The translations under genes and the position numbers were made by a program. Of a DNA stretch of 64,000 nucleotides, positions 25,301-39,000 are shown one piece after another. A model generated the notes under the pieces. That model had not been told where the DNA came from and made no database searches. It saw nothing but the letters and a program-made list of their open reading frames with translations. Each line of letters starts with the position of its first letter. Position 1 is the first letter of the stretch. Source of the DNA: Anthoceros angustus (Eukaryota; Plantae; Anthocerotophyta); contig MU008159.1 of the NCBI GenBank assembly GCA_010909165.1, forward strand, positions 1,488,001 to 1,552,000, in the 5' to 3' direction.

Positions 25301-27663
25301 TTCATTGTGTCAAACAGCGAAAGGGCTGTTTCCCAGCCCTTTGGAATTCGAGAACATCCATCAATCATAGCATTGTACAAGGATACCAAAGGCTTCAGAC
25401 CCACCTGACGCATTCTATCAAGTGCATGGACTGCTCTGTGTAGAGATCCACTTCTTAGATAGCCTAGAACTAAGGGACTATATTCAGGTAATCCAGGGTG
25501 CAACCCATCCTTTTTCATATACGTCAACACAAGCTCCACTTTGTCTATTCTTCTGGCTTTTGTAAGAACATTTATGACGATCTGGTACAAGTTCTCGTCA
25601 GGCTGGTAGTTGGGCTGATCTTGTAACCATTCCAACACTCGTAAAGCAGTAACCCAATCCCTCTGCAAACCAAGATCTGCCATGACCTGCTTTACCTCTT
25701 GAGAGGTGATTTTGCCAGCGAACGCATTCATGAGTTGCCCCACTTCCTCACTAGTCTTGGCCACATGCAAAGATCGTATTATTTCCAAAACATTCTCTGA
25801 CTTAGAAGGAGGACTTATGGGCCGAGCTTCATTCCTCCATTTACTAACAATCATTGGGAGCCTTCTTGGTCCAGCAGCTTCTCCACTTCTATTCCATTCA
25901 TAGCTTCCTCCCTGATAGTTGGTTCCACTATCGAGTCGATTGAGACGAGATGAGAACATAGCGTCAGGAAAAACGTCAGACCTTGCTTCCATGTCGCTCT
26001 GAGCTTCCGTTTCAGAAAAATCCGCTGTTGTTATGGACAGCCCGAGCAATTGTTGCACCTTCCCTACTCCATCTAGCTGCAGTTGACCTCCTTCAGAAAC
26101 CCCAGTCTTGCCCGCAGTGTCTGCAGGCAGCTCAGGGAGAACTAGCCCGTGCTGAGCTGAACTAGTTTCATTCACAGTAAAAGGTACCTCAATTTGGGTC
26201 AGTGCTGACGAAGCATTGGTGTCCATACCGGCAGAGACTCCACCCTCCTCCAATACAGAAGCAGTTGGTAAGGAACCGGCAGAGACTCCACCCTCCTCCA
26301 ATACAGATGCAGTTGGTAAGGAACCGGCAGCCACTTTTTTCCTGGAAACTCTAGCCACTCTCGGCGATCGCTGCACCTTCGAAACTCCATCTGGCTGCGA
26401 CTGTCCTTCTCCGAGAAGGGAAGTCTCTGGATCTGCAGATACTTCAGGGGGAACTACTACCGGATCCTGAGCTGCACTAACTCCGTCTCCGGCAAATTGG
26501 CCCTGAACCTGAGTCAGTGCTGACGAAGGATCGACGTCCCTCACGGCAGACCCTCCACCCACCTCCAATACCAAAGCAGGTGACGAAGAAACTGAAACCC
26601 TTCTTTTCCTGGAAACTCTGGTCACCCTCTGTACTTGTTGTACTTTCGAAACTTCACTTAGCTGCAGTTGTCCAGCTTCCAAGACAATAGTCTCAGGGGA
26701 GCTGTCTGCAAGGTCTGTAGGCAGCTCAGAGAGAATTGAAGAATCCTGAGCTGAACGAGCTGCATCTCCAGCAGAAGGGCCCTCTATCGGGGTCAGTGCT
26801 AACGAAGCGTCGCTGTCCCTAACTGCAGGCACTCCACCTCCCTCCTGTACAGAAGCATTTTGTAAAGAAACAGCAGCCACTTTCTTTCTGGAAACTCTGG
26901 CCACTCTCGGCTTAACGGGAACCGTCAGGGTGACTCCCTTGCCATCATGTGCGGTTTCCGAAGCAAGGCTGTCAGGGCTGTCTGGAATAGAAATCTTGGT
27001 AGACCCTTTCCTTCGCACAGCTTTGACAGTCCTTTTAGGTTTGGACTTTGTGCTCGGTGCAGAGTCATCTGACCCTAGTGGATTTCCTTCCACATTGCTG
27101 ACGCTCAGCGAGGCTGCAACAGGACTTTCGACCGCAACAGCGGTCGCAAGAAGCCGTCTTCGCCTGGAACTGTCCAGGAATCCATCTACATTCCTTCCTC
27201 TAGCAGAACACAATTCGTTCCTCCGAAAATCCCACGACTGCAACCTGCAAGCCCCGGCATCGCCTACCTTGAGTGCATATACCAGTGCACATTGCATAGT
27301 CACAACCTGCACTCCCATTCCCATCTTCCGAGTGCAATCCAAGCAAGCCGCATCCTCCCTTCCAAGCCTCTTTCCAGGAGCAACGCCACCTATCTGAAGA
27401 CATCCTCCGCCAGAAAAGACTCTTTCCCCTCGTGCACCAGTGCCGACAAGCTCTCCATTGCTCACGGTATTGACACACAATGGATGCACATTCTGAGCTG
27501 GAAGGAACAGCTGGTCCCGCAATCGAACTCTCCCGTTAGTCAGAAGTACAGAATGCGACTCCCTAACAAGCAGCAGTGTGGGCGAAATCCCTTGGCTGCC
27601 CTGCGGCCGCCGAAGTCGGTAGCCCAGCTGCGGAGAACACGCACAATGCTCGGCCCACAGCAT
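22375..27663 (-). CDS. Large P-class PPR protein with pTAC2-like/SMR-like C-terminus and a long repetitive N-terminal extension, about 5 exons, probably organelle-targeted
   Basis: Many 35-aa repeats (PDLTVYNSLISVYGKAGRLD, PDVKTFNALLNAYGRAG, PDLAFYNTLLFTFGRAGKYEDA). C-terminal FHNALVDALWVLG..WVLRLSCTSVGAAQVLLLTW..PPTIRII resembles PPR-SMR proteins. Start codon uncertain. Confidence 0.88.
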
Positions 27664-29548
27664 CTAAGCAGCTCTTCCTGTCAGCACCTGCACCATCCAC
27701 TCTGCAAAGCGGAGACAGCAACCGGAACCTACCCGAATTAACAGTTTCAGACAGACAGACTAACAGAATGCAACCAAGCCGTCTTGCGAATCGTTTAGCC
27801 CAATCCTGCTGCCAATGAGCGCGCAAGATTCTCTATCCTTGCTCCGATACCAGCAGTTCATCGATATCACAATTTTTACAAGATGTTGAGTACTATTGGG
27901 CCTGGTGAACGATCATATACCTACTCGGAGGAGTTAAAGTATCCTCTTTGTGCCTGCTAATCGGGTTGCAATGCTATACGCAGTCAAGTCAAGTCAAGTT
28001 TATTCATGTAACTAACGTCTTGCGCTCAAGAATTCACTCCAGGGAGTCCGGCCAGCCCCATGACTACAAAAGTAAGTTGTACATGGCTTATCCTCTATTG
28101 ACATAATCTAAAGGGTGGTCCTCTACATCTGAACAAATTATAAGAGGTCTTGTTCGAATGAAATACGCGCCCTTGTGGAGGTTGCTTTTATTAAACCACA
28201 GTTAAATATTTTAGTTAATTATTTAAAATTTATTTACCATTGTAAACTCTACTATTGTAAATTATATTGTTATAAATAGTTTGTATCATTGTAAATATTT
28301 TCTCCCAAAAAAAAATCAAATTATTGTAAATATTTCCCTCAAAAAAAATTCAAACCATTATAATGGTTTCTTTCCTTGAAAATATTTTCCCCTAAAAATT
28401 CAAACCGTTGTAAACCTTTTCCCGCCAAAAAATTCAAACCCTTATAAAAGCTATCGTATATAAAATAATAATATGAGTTATTCAAATACTACCTACAGGA
28501 CTAAATAAGGGTAGGGATACTGCGGAGTCATATTATGAACACTTTCAATGTTGGATACATTTGCCTAGTCTGTTGCAACAACACAGCCAAAACATTGTAA
28601 GGCTATTCTAGGAATTTGTGAGACATCCACATCAAGTTCTTAGAAAGGGATAAATGAGCCTGCTGGTCCTGTGCAAGAAGCTGAGGTGTCAGCAGCAGTA
28701 GCTTGGGAAAGTAGCAAGCTGTAACTAGCAACAAGCCCCAATCAGCACATGCAATTTAGTGTTACCTTCAAATGCAAAGCATTGAATCCACAGTCTCTCA
28801 TAATTGATGATGTCTTCTCTTCTCCGAACAAGACCTAGAGTTCCCACCGCAGATCAGCAGCACATAGGACATCAGCACCCTCGAGTTCGAGCACACGCGT
28901 CCTCCATCACTCCACATCGCCTGACTTCATCCTTGTACCAGTTGCGCCTAGTTCAAAAGGAATCAGAGAGTTATCATGTGTTCCTACCAAAGATCCATCT
29001 TGCAATTTGGCTAGCAGATTGCAGAGCTCGCCTCAAATCGGCTAGAGACATCCTTGCACGGGGCTGGAAAATTAGCAGGATACCTTCACCACCATCCCAA
29101 AATGCTAGACAATGCAGAGCTCCTTATAGCCATTCCAGGGCCACAACATGAGAGGGAGTCCAACAAAGTACCGCCCTTGCCCGGTCGTGCAAGATCTGCT
29201 GCCAAGGCATCACAGTGTGGCGATGCATCATCCGCCATCTCCCTAAGTTGCCAAACCCTACCGCTTTGCCGGATGCAGCTCCACACCCCTCCTCCAGCTC
29301 CGCGGCCGCCTCCGGCCACCAATGCGCCCACCCGGAAGCACGTACTTTGATCCTGAGCCTCACACCAAGTCCAGCGTCTTGACAGAAAAAAGGAGAGAGC
29401 GTGTGTTTCCCAGTTTAGAAATTTAATGATAAAAACTAAAGACGAAAGAGTCTTACGGCGAATAAATTAGTGGATGGTAGAGGAGCTTTCACCAAAGAGT
29501 CAATTCCTAACCTCATCAGGTTGAAAACACTTTTTTTTGGTAACGCTG

Positions 29549-29624
29549 ATCTCACCCCGGGTAAATCTTTCACTCTTCCCCCTCTTACTAGAACTACAGG
29601 ATGTTCTTGCAAATTATGGCCCCC
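29549..29624 (-). pseudogene. rps12: Organelle-derived rps12 fragment (NUPT or NUMT)
   Basis: Encodes [24 protein letters not shown], matching the S12 signature [23 protein letters not shown]. Only about 25 codons are present. Confidence 0.85.
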
Positions 29625-29629
29625 TATGT

Positions 29630-31317
29630 AGTAGCAACTCGACGTGCTTTCTAGTTTTTGTAAAGCCAAGGGTCTCAATGTCAATCTGCGCAAGACCATG
29701 ATCATGCGATTCAACTCTAAGGATTACAAGGGTGATTGCGTATTCTATTATGATGGTTAAGAGGTGGAGATGGTCCGCTCCTATACGTACCTAGGTGTTA
29801 CGATTTTTAGTTCGAAGTAACTTCAATTGGACTTTTTCTGCCTCTTCCCGCGCTGCCAAGGATGGTCTTTGCGGTCCTCTGCACCGCTTTATACTGAGAT
29901 GAATATTCAAGATATCAACCCTGAAAGCAACTTTTCAACACACGTCATACCCTCCATTATTTATCTTTGTTGAGGTTTGGGGCCCGGGTCTTTCCTCTTC
30001 CTCTTGGGCTAAGATGGAAAAAGTACAAACCTCCTTTCTCCGTGCTGACATTGTCTGTAAGCATTCGACCCCCTTACCTATCATCCTTTCTGAATTTGCT
30101 GGCTTACTTCTTGAACTTGATAGCCTCTTTCGCCGGTCCTCTGCGCCGGCTTTATACAGGATGAATATTCAAGATATCAACCTCGGAAAGCAACTTTTCA
30201 ACACACTGGTCATACCCTCCATTATTTATGCTGTTGAGGTTTGGGGCCCGGGTCTTTCCTCTTCCTCTTGGGCTAAGATGGAAAAAGTACAAACCTCCTT
30301 TCTCCGTGCTGACATTGTCTGTAAGCATTCGACCCCCTTATCTATCATCCTTTCTGAATTTGCTGGCTTACTTCTTGAACTTGATAGCCTCTTTCGCCTC
30401 TCTTGTTTCCTTTACCGCCTCTTCCTCCTTGACATTGTTAACCCTTCCCTTCCATCCTCCCTTCCCCCTACTCCCCCACCATCTCCTTGCGTACAGGTCT
30501 TCCCGCTCCCTTTGGCTCAATACTGATTCCCAAGCTTCTTTTTCTTGGCTCTCCCAAGCAGCTGCTTGGCTTAAACGGCTTGACTTTGCACTGGTCCCCT
30601 TAGGCTCCCGGCTTGGCCAACTCCCCATTCCCCCCTCCCCCTTTCTCATCTCCCTCCGAACCACCTCATATGGTGGGACCTTAAATTAAGATACCTTCGT
30701 CTCACTAGGTTCCCCCTTTCATTTGCTCCTCCCCTAACGTCCAAACTCCATTTCTACAAGGAGGAGTTCCGTGTCAATCCCCCCTCTGGTTCTCTGCCCT
30801 ACCACGTTACCTTAGTTCCCCTCTCTCTTTCAAGCTCCGCACTCTCATCGGTCAATTTCTTGTTAGCTCCCACCACCCGAATCGAGACCGAATGTTGGCT
30901 TAAGCCCACACCTCCCCAAGCTGCCTGTATTTGCAAGCTCTACTCCCTTGACCCTGAATTTGAATTGCACTTCCTCTTCTATTGCCCTATCTATGCTCCT
31001 ATTCGGGCTCGCTACACTCTTCGTTTTGAGTGTGCTAGTTTTTCCTTACGCAGATTCTTTTCGTTTCATATTCCGAAGCTTACTGGCCTATGTCTCTCTG
31101 AGCTTCTTGATTTTCGGCAGACCCAGTTGGACTCTTTATAGCTCTTTTGCCTCTTATAGCTTTCCTTCCCTTTTTCCATCTTGCACCGTCTCTGTCTCTC
31201 TAGTTCAGATGTATGTATATGTACGCAGTGTTTCACCTCTTTTTACGCTATACTATCTCTTTCCCATGATGGTCCTTTCATCCTTAGTGGACATAAATAA
31301 ATTTATTGTTGTTGTTG
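29630..31317 (+). mobile_element. 5-prime-truncated LINE (RTEX-like) with an internal duplication of about 260 bp and a (TTG)n tail
   Basis: [68 protein letters not shown] at 31296 is followed by TTGTTGTTGTTG. Homologous to the element at 36013-40870. Confidence 0.88.
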
Positions 31318-34300
31318 TATGCCCACTTGCTCGAGGAAGGGAGATTGAAGGGAAATATTTTGATTTCACAATCCTTTGTCCATGTTAATATTTGTGCACC
31401 TCTTGTCCATTTGAGTATCATTTACCACTTGTTTTTTCACCTTGTAGAACAACTACGGCACCACCTCTATGTCCTTACTTTTTTACTACGGCACCACCTT
31501 CACGTGTGCAAGTGTGGCCCATCATACATGACACTTTCAAGGTGTCGTGCTTATTCACCATAGAGAAAAAACAAGGACATAGAGGTGCGGCCCATCATAC
31601 ATGTCACTTTTTAAGCATAAATAAGTACCACTCTGCTTTTTTTCTATTGTGGAATAAACACGGCACCACAGCAACACCTCCACTCTGTGCATATAAATAT
31701 CACAATGCAATTGTCCGTCGATGGATTCTATGCATATTGGATGATGGAAATGTCATTGATATGTCATTGGCATAGTGCCGAAAATTTTAAAGGTTGACTC
31801 TGGAGTATCAACAGCTGGCATGTTTTTGAAGGTCCGGTGGTTCAAACCAATTTATAATGAAGATGAAAAGGATCGTCGCAAGGGCTTGAAGATAGACACA
31901 TCCAAAATGCATATAGTGGACCTTATCGCTCTACAAGAGTCCAAGATGACCCCTTTACCCTTGTGTCACCCAAACTAGTTCAGACTTTTCTCTATGACAA
32001 TAAGATGGTTGTCGGGACTAGTGCACGAGGAAAACGACTTGTTATAGAAGGAATAAGTACATTTTGTGAGTGGTTTAATAGCTTGTCCATGTAACCCATA
32101 AACTCTCTTTGAGTTTGCTCTCTTGTAAAATGGTTTGTTTAAAACCTTAAAGTTTCTTACTTAAGAAAAAGAAAGTGTTGTAAAAAGACGCAACATTCCA
32201 ATAGAAAACTATGTCCCACAATTTACAACGTGGTTTACAATTGAGTTTTTGATTATGAAATTATTTTACTGATACTTGTTGTAGGATGAATAATTTTACA
32301 ACATCTATATTTTAATGCAAGTTACAAGAAAAAATATAAATTATTTAAAATTATAATGACCTTAGTTGTAAAATGTACGTGGCCCTATTCAACAAAAACT
32401 CTTTACTATGCAAATTACAACCCTAAATTAGAGATATTTTTAAAATAAAATACCTTCGCCTCACTAGGTTCCCCTTTCATTTGCTCCTCCCTAACGTCCA
32501 AACTCCATTTCTACAAGGAGGAGTTCGTGTCAATCCCCTCCGTTCTCTCGCCTACCACGTTACCTTAGTTCCCTCTCTCTCAAGCTCCGCACTCATCGGT
32601 CAATTTCTTGTTAGCTCCACCACCCGAATCGAGACCGAATGTTGGCTTAAGCCCACACCTCCCAAGCTGCCTCTGTATGTTTCTACTCCTTGACCTCAAT
32701 TTGAATTGCACTTCCTCTTCTATTGCCCTATCTATGCTCCTATTCGGGCTCGCTACACTCTTCGTTTTGAGTGTGCTAGTTTTTCCTTACGCAGATTCTT
32801 TTCGTTTCATATTCCGAAGCTTACTGGCCTATGTCTCTCTGAGCTTCTTGATTTTCGGCAGAACCAGTTGGACTCTTTATAGCTCTTTTGCCTCTTATAG
32901 CTTTCCTTCCCTTTTTCCATCTTGCACCGTCTCTGTCTCTCTAGTTCAGATGTATGTATATGTACGCAGTGTTTCACCTCTTTTTACGCTATACTATCTC
33001 TTTCCCATGATGGTCCTTTCATCCTTAGTGGACATAAATAAATTTATTGTTGTTGTTGTATGCCCACTTGCTCGAGGAAGGGAGATTGAAGGGAAATATT
33101 TTGATTTCACAATCCTTTGTCCATGTTAATATTTGTGCACCTCTTGTCCATTTGAGTATCATTTACCACTTGTTTTTTCACCTTGTAGAACAACTACGGC
33201 ACCTCTATGTCCTTACTTTTACTCGGCACCACCTTCACGTGTGCAAGTGTGGCCCATCATACATGACACTTTCAAGGTGTCGTGCTTATTCACCATAGAG
33301 AAAAAACAAGGACATAGAGGTGCGGCCCATCATACATGTCACTTTTTAACTGTTAAATAAGTACCACTCTGCTTTTTTTCTATTGTGGAATAAACACGGC
33401 ACCACAGCAACACCTCCACTCTGTGCATATAAATATCACAATGCAATTGTCCGTCGATGGATTCTATGCATATTGGATGATGGAAATGTCATTGATATGT
33501 CATTGGCATAGTGCCGAAAATTTTAAAGGTTGACTCTGGAGTATCAACAGCTGGCATGTTTTTGAAGGTCCGGTGGTTCAAACCAATTTATAATGAAGAT
33601 GAAAAGGATCGTCGTAAGGGCATTGCAACAAACATCGCTAAAGGAGGAGTGGTCATCGGCATCGACAATAGTCATTGAAGAGTGCGGCTGGCGACTCATC
33701 CATGCCTTTCGACACGAGTCAAGAACCACGCCATACTCGGATGCGGTCCATATCGCCTCAAAGTTATCGTTCTCCTCCATTGCTTGCTCGTCTTCAATAG
33801 TATCATTCCCAGGCCCACCATCGGTGTGGGCGCCACACAAGATCTAGGGTTTCGACCTCATCCAAAATGCATATAGTGGACCTTATCGCCTACAAGAGTC
33901 CAAGATGACCCCTTTACCCTTGTCTCCCAAACTAGTTCGGACTTTCTCTATGACAATAAGATGGTTGTCGGGACTAGTGCGAAAACGACTTGTTATAGAA
34001 GGAATAAGTACATTTTGTGAGTGGTTTAATAGCTTGTCCATGTAACCCATAAACTCTCTTTGAGTTTGCTCTCTTGTAAAATGGTTTGTTTAAAACCTTA
34101 AAGTTTCTTACTTAAGAAAAGAAAGTGTTGTAAAAAGACGAACATTCCAATAGAAAACTATGTCCCACAATTTACAACGTGGTTTACAATTGAGTTTTTG
34201 ATTATGAAATTATTTTACTGATACTTGTTGTAGGATGAATAATTTTACAACATCTATATTTTAATGCAAGTTACAAGAAAAAATATAAATTATTTAAAAT

Positions 34301-34402
34301 TATAATGACCTTAGTTGTAAAATGTACGTGGCCCTATTCAACAAAAACTCTTTACTATGCAAATTACAACCCTAAATTAGAGATATTTTTAAAAATAAAA
34401 TA
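30690..34402. repeat. Tandem segmental duplication (about 1.75 kb unit: LINE 3-prime end, CACTA-like remnant, AT-rich tract)
   Basis: 30690-32450 recurs at 32449-34402, giving duplicate ORFs 30948-31388 and 32608-33129. The junction shares ATAC microhomology. Confidence 0.92.
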
Positions 34403-34800
34403 CTGTGTTGTAAATATAGATTCATGTGTTATAAAAGCAGTGTTGTAAAATTCAAGCTATTGCTGTAAACGAAGCCCCATTGTAAAAAGCGTATTGGCTA
34501 TTGTAAAAGTATTATTGTAAAATACCAATAATTGATATAAAAGACACATTGTTGTAAAAAGCGTAGTATGTATTGCAAAAGTCATTTTGTTAAACATAGG
34601 CCAACGTTGTAAGAGACATCGTGTTGTAATTAGAGTAGACTGCGTTATAAACCTCGAGTTGTAAAACAACCGTTATCGTTGTAAATAGACATTGTGTTAT
34701 AATCATGGTAGTCGGCGTTGTATAAACCCCATGTTGAAAACTATAGCATGTTGTAATCTTGCAAACCCTCATTGTGTTGTCAAAACACACCAAGTGCAAA
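31700..34800 (+). mobile_element. Decayed CACTA-like transposon remnant (DUF4216-like traces, TGTTGTAAA-type subterminal repeats)
   Basis: FLKVRWFKP and QDDPFTL resemble the TnpD C-terminal motifs. Dense TTGTAAA/TTTACAA motifs at 32100-32430, 34400-34790 and 28230-28450. No clean CACTA/TAGTG termini were found. Confidence 0.4.
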
Positions 34801-36012
34801 AAGCCAACGACGGGTTAGGACATATGATGAACAAATGAGTGCCTTGAGTGACACTGCTAGTAGAGGGTAGCTTCTGCATGTCCGCTCGTCGTTGTCGCTG
34901 GGGGCAATTACGTTGTTAATGCCCAGGCTGCAAGCAATAGAAGCAATTCCCTTGCAAGCAATGCGCTTGTCATTAGGGTAAGTGGCAAGGGGGTGGCGCC
35001 TGATCCTCCGGAGTATCACCCTCAATAAGGGCCGATCCTACTGTGGGTGAAGAGAGCGACGTCTCCGAGGGCTGCAGTATGGGGCGCCTTCCTCCGCTGC
35101 TCCTATTGCTTCAAGAGCGAGATAGTCTCGTCTAACGGCCTTCACCTGAGTCGACCTCCATACTTGACCGCCGATGGGGAGGATTCGAATTCCCTTAAAC
35201 ACCAGCGTTTCAAAAAAGCTAAATGACATGCAAACACGATAATTTTTGAAGGGGGGGAATATAGTAACTTCTATCCACAAAGACCCCTTGTCACGAAGAA
35301 CACCTTACCTAGAATAAAGATATGTGCCCTACTTTGATAATGCACACACCCTTTACGAGGTCATACCGTTGATAAAAGACGCACTTTCAAGTGAACACCC
35401 TAGAACTGGAGCATAGTAGGGTGCGGGCCCGTCTGCGCTTTTGTAGAATGTTTAGAGGGCTTCCATTTTTATATGTTTATTACAACCGAAAACTTTTACT
35501 TTGAAGTGGTGGAACACAATGAAAACAATTGCATTAGAGGGAGTCTCATTTTAATCGTCGTAAGAACATTGCAACAAACATCGCTAAAGGAGGGAGTGGT
35601 CATCGGCATCGACAATAGTCATTGAAGAGTGCGGCTGGCGACTCATCCATGCCTTGCAAACCGAGTCAAGAACCACCGCCATACTCGGATGCGGTCCATA
35701 TCGTCGCCTCAAAGTTATCGTTCTCCTCCATTGCTTGCTCGTCTTCAATAGTATCATTCACAGGCCCACCATCCGACGGTGGACCGCCACACAAGATCTA
35801 GGGTTTGCCGACCTCATCCAAAAGGTCGCCAAATGTAGTCTTCAACCTTCCGCACTCAATGCAACCACTTGGGCTTTAAGGCAATGCCGTCCTTAAAATG
35901 AACAAAGTTAGTTGCCCATGCGCCCATGCAAGCATCCTTAAAATCAACAAAGTTGAGTTATTAAAAGATATGGGTTTTGAACCCGAACCTATTCATTACT
36001 AAACCTTTTTCC

Positions 36013-39000
36013 CAACAACAACAACAACAACAACTTTATTTATGTCCACTAAGGATGGAAGAACCATCATGGGACGTAGATAGTACAGTAAAGAGGTTTA
36101 AAAACCGAGTACACTTACGCACGTCCGAACTAGAGAAGCAGACTGTATGAGGGAAGCGAAAAGAAGGCAAAGACTACAAGGAGTCCAACAAGGACCGCCA
36201 AGATCAAGAAGCTCAGAGACATAGTCCGAGAGCCTAGGAATGTGGAAAGAGAAAAATCTGCAATGGAAGCCGCACATTCAAAAGAAGAGAGTAACGAGAC
36301 CGAATATCGGCATAGGCGGGACAATAAAGAGGAAGTGTGATTGATTCGTGATCCAAGGAGCAAAGCTTGCATCCTATCGCCTTGGGAGGGGTAGGCTTGA
36401 GCCAACCGGTCTCAATCCGAGGTGGTGGGAGCTAACACGAAATTGACCTATGAGTGTGCGGAGTTTGAAGGAAAGGGGGGAACCGAGGTAGCGGTGGTAG
36501 GAAATTTACGGAGGAGGATTAACTCGAGCTCGTCTTTGTAAAAGCGGAGTCTAGAAGTGAGAGGGGAAAAGGAAAGAGGGGACCAGTGAGGCGAAGGTAT
36601 CTTAATTTAAGGGCCCCGAATGGAGTGGTTGGGGGATGTGAGAAAGGGGAGTTGGGAGGAGGGAGAGGCTGTGGAGTCGAAAAAGGTTCAAACTCGAATC
36701 TTCTAAGCCGGTTGGCAGCTTGAGAAAGCCAAAGAAAAAGAAGCTTGTGGGTCAAGATTGAGCGAGCGAGCGGAGGACCTAAAGGCAAGGAGGAGGTAAG
36801 GGGATCCAAAATGGGATTAGCAATATCAAGGAGGTGGAGGCGGTAAAGAAAGGATGAGAGACGAAAAAGGCCATCAAGTTCGAGGGAAAGGCTGCAAATT
36901 CGTAAAGGAGGATGGGTAATGGAGTTGAACGCTTACAAGCAATGTGAGCGGAGAAAGGAAGATTGAACCCTTTCCACCTTCGCCCAAGAAGAAGGGAAAG
37001 ATCCGGCCCCAAATTTCAGCGCCATACAAGGCGGAGGGAATTACCATAGTGTTGAATACCGCTCAAGATTGATATCCTCAAGATTCATCCTCAGATAAAA
37101 GAACGCAGGCATGAGCCCATCCCTTGGTAGCGGAGGACCTAAAGGCAAGGAGGAGGTCCAGTTAAATTTAGGACCGAAAATAGTGATACCTGATAAGTAT
37201 AGGATCGAACCATCTCCACCTCCTGACCATCATAATAAAATTTGCAATCACCCTTGTAATCCCGAGTGTTGAACCGCATAATCTTGGTCTTGCGCAGATT
37301 GACAAAGAGACCCTTGGTTTTACAAAAAAGGGATAAAACATCCAGTTGCTTTTGCAGGGCCTCCGGGGAATGAGATAAAAGAACAATATCATCCGCATAT
37401 AGGAGGATAGGAATACTTTCTAGAAATAGCCGAGCACCAGGGTCGCCAGATCGAAGAAGCCATTCCTCAAGCTCATCAATATACAACCCAAAGAGATTTG
37501 GGGACAAAGGGTCGCCTAACGCCAAGTTGGATAGGGATCCGTGGGAAGACAAACCACGGGAGTCTTGATTCGAGCAAAGACCCTTTGTAGAGAAGGGTAG
37601 CAGATGCCACAAATGAGGAGGCATCTTAAGAGATTGAAGTCTCAAACAACTTATCCCAAGGCATGAGTTGAAAGCACGCTTAAAGTCAACAAAACAACGA
37701 TGACGTGCTTCTTGGATGTCGAGCCCCTTCAACAATAGCCGGAGGGTAAAAGATGATCCAAAGTATTCGACCGGGCGAAACCGCTTGGCCCCGAGCACGC
37801 ACCTTAGCCTCCTCAGCCCAGGACGTAGTCAAAGTCTCCAAACAAGAGCTAAAGATCTTAGCATAGATAGACTCCACGGTGATAAATCGGTAATTAGAAG
37901 GGAGATAAGGGTCGCCAGCCTTGAGAATGGAGTGGATATCATTCTCACACCAAGGATCAGGGAAACCGAAAGACAAAGCATCATTAAACAGAGAGGCAAG
38001 ATGCGAGGAGAAGGAGGTAGAGTCAAGAACCGGAATAAATCCCGTGGATACCATTAGGGTGAGTACCACTCGAGCTGACAGCACGGGCAACGAGATTGGC
38101 GTGAAAACCCGAGACCGTGATCGAGGAATCAAAGGTGGAGGCGAGGGATGTGGTAAAGACTATGAACATAGGAGAGGAGTTCGAGTGGCTTTGAGAAGAA
38201 TGGGTGAGCGGTGTGGAATTCCTTCCAAAAGGCGAGCCACCGGGACGCTCAAGAGAGATAAGACGGTGTGTTCACTTGGATGAATTGGGACTTTTCATGG
38301 AGATGAAGGCTTTGTAAGGCTTGATGGCTTTGTAAAGAGCGGAATGATGGGATCCGGGAGGAGATTAAGTTGGCGCAAAGTGAGATGCAATTGAGAGCGC
38401 ATGCGCTACAATCCGCATCAAACCAGGATGGCGGGGGTTGGTTTGCAGGGAGGATGGCAAAATTTGAAAGGAAAAGTGGAGCGAGGTTAGAACAGCAGAG
38501 GCTAAGTGGCTGCAAGAAAAGGGAGGTGGGGGAATGGAAGCAAGGGAGGAGCGGAGCAAGCTGGAAAATTGGGGTACAAGGTCTTGTGGAAAGGTGAATC
38601 TGGTGGAGAGTGGGAGGGAGGGGATCCCGAGGGGGCGGAGGAACAAAGATCAAAACAATCAAGAAGATGGTCGACTCCAAACATGTGGAGTCCAGTCCAG
38701 AGCCTAGAAATACGCGAGAGAAGGCCGACGTCACCAATAACATAATCCAACTCGCTAGAAGAGGAACCATCATCAAGAAAGAATTACCATTGTCTCCAAC
38801 GGGAGTCCGTTGAAAATGACCATGTTGTGGGATTCAGCAAGACGTAAAAGGGCAACACCATAGGAATTTAGTGGATGGGTGTCAGAGGAAGACCGATCGA
38901 GCCCGAGGTCGACAGGATCCAGCTGAGAAATTTTGTCGAAATCCAAGGAATCATAGATAGCAGCTTGTTGACAGCCGGTCCAAGCGTTGAAGTCCCCAAC

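Noticed and set aside
2862-27663. Functional gene cluster (GGT x2, chitinase-like, maturase, PPR)
   Set aside because: The genes share no pathway, and adjacency is expected in a gene-dense plant genome.
28800-29370. Gene in the GC-richer patch before the rps12 scrap
   Set aside because: Only short ORFs with no recognisable motif or convincing splice structure.
29436-29714. Functional rps12 gene (92-aa ORF)
   Set aside because: The ORF is a chimera of antisense LINE sequence, about 25 codons of rps12 and unrelated filler.
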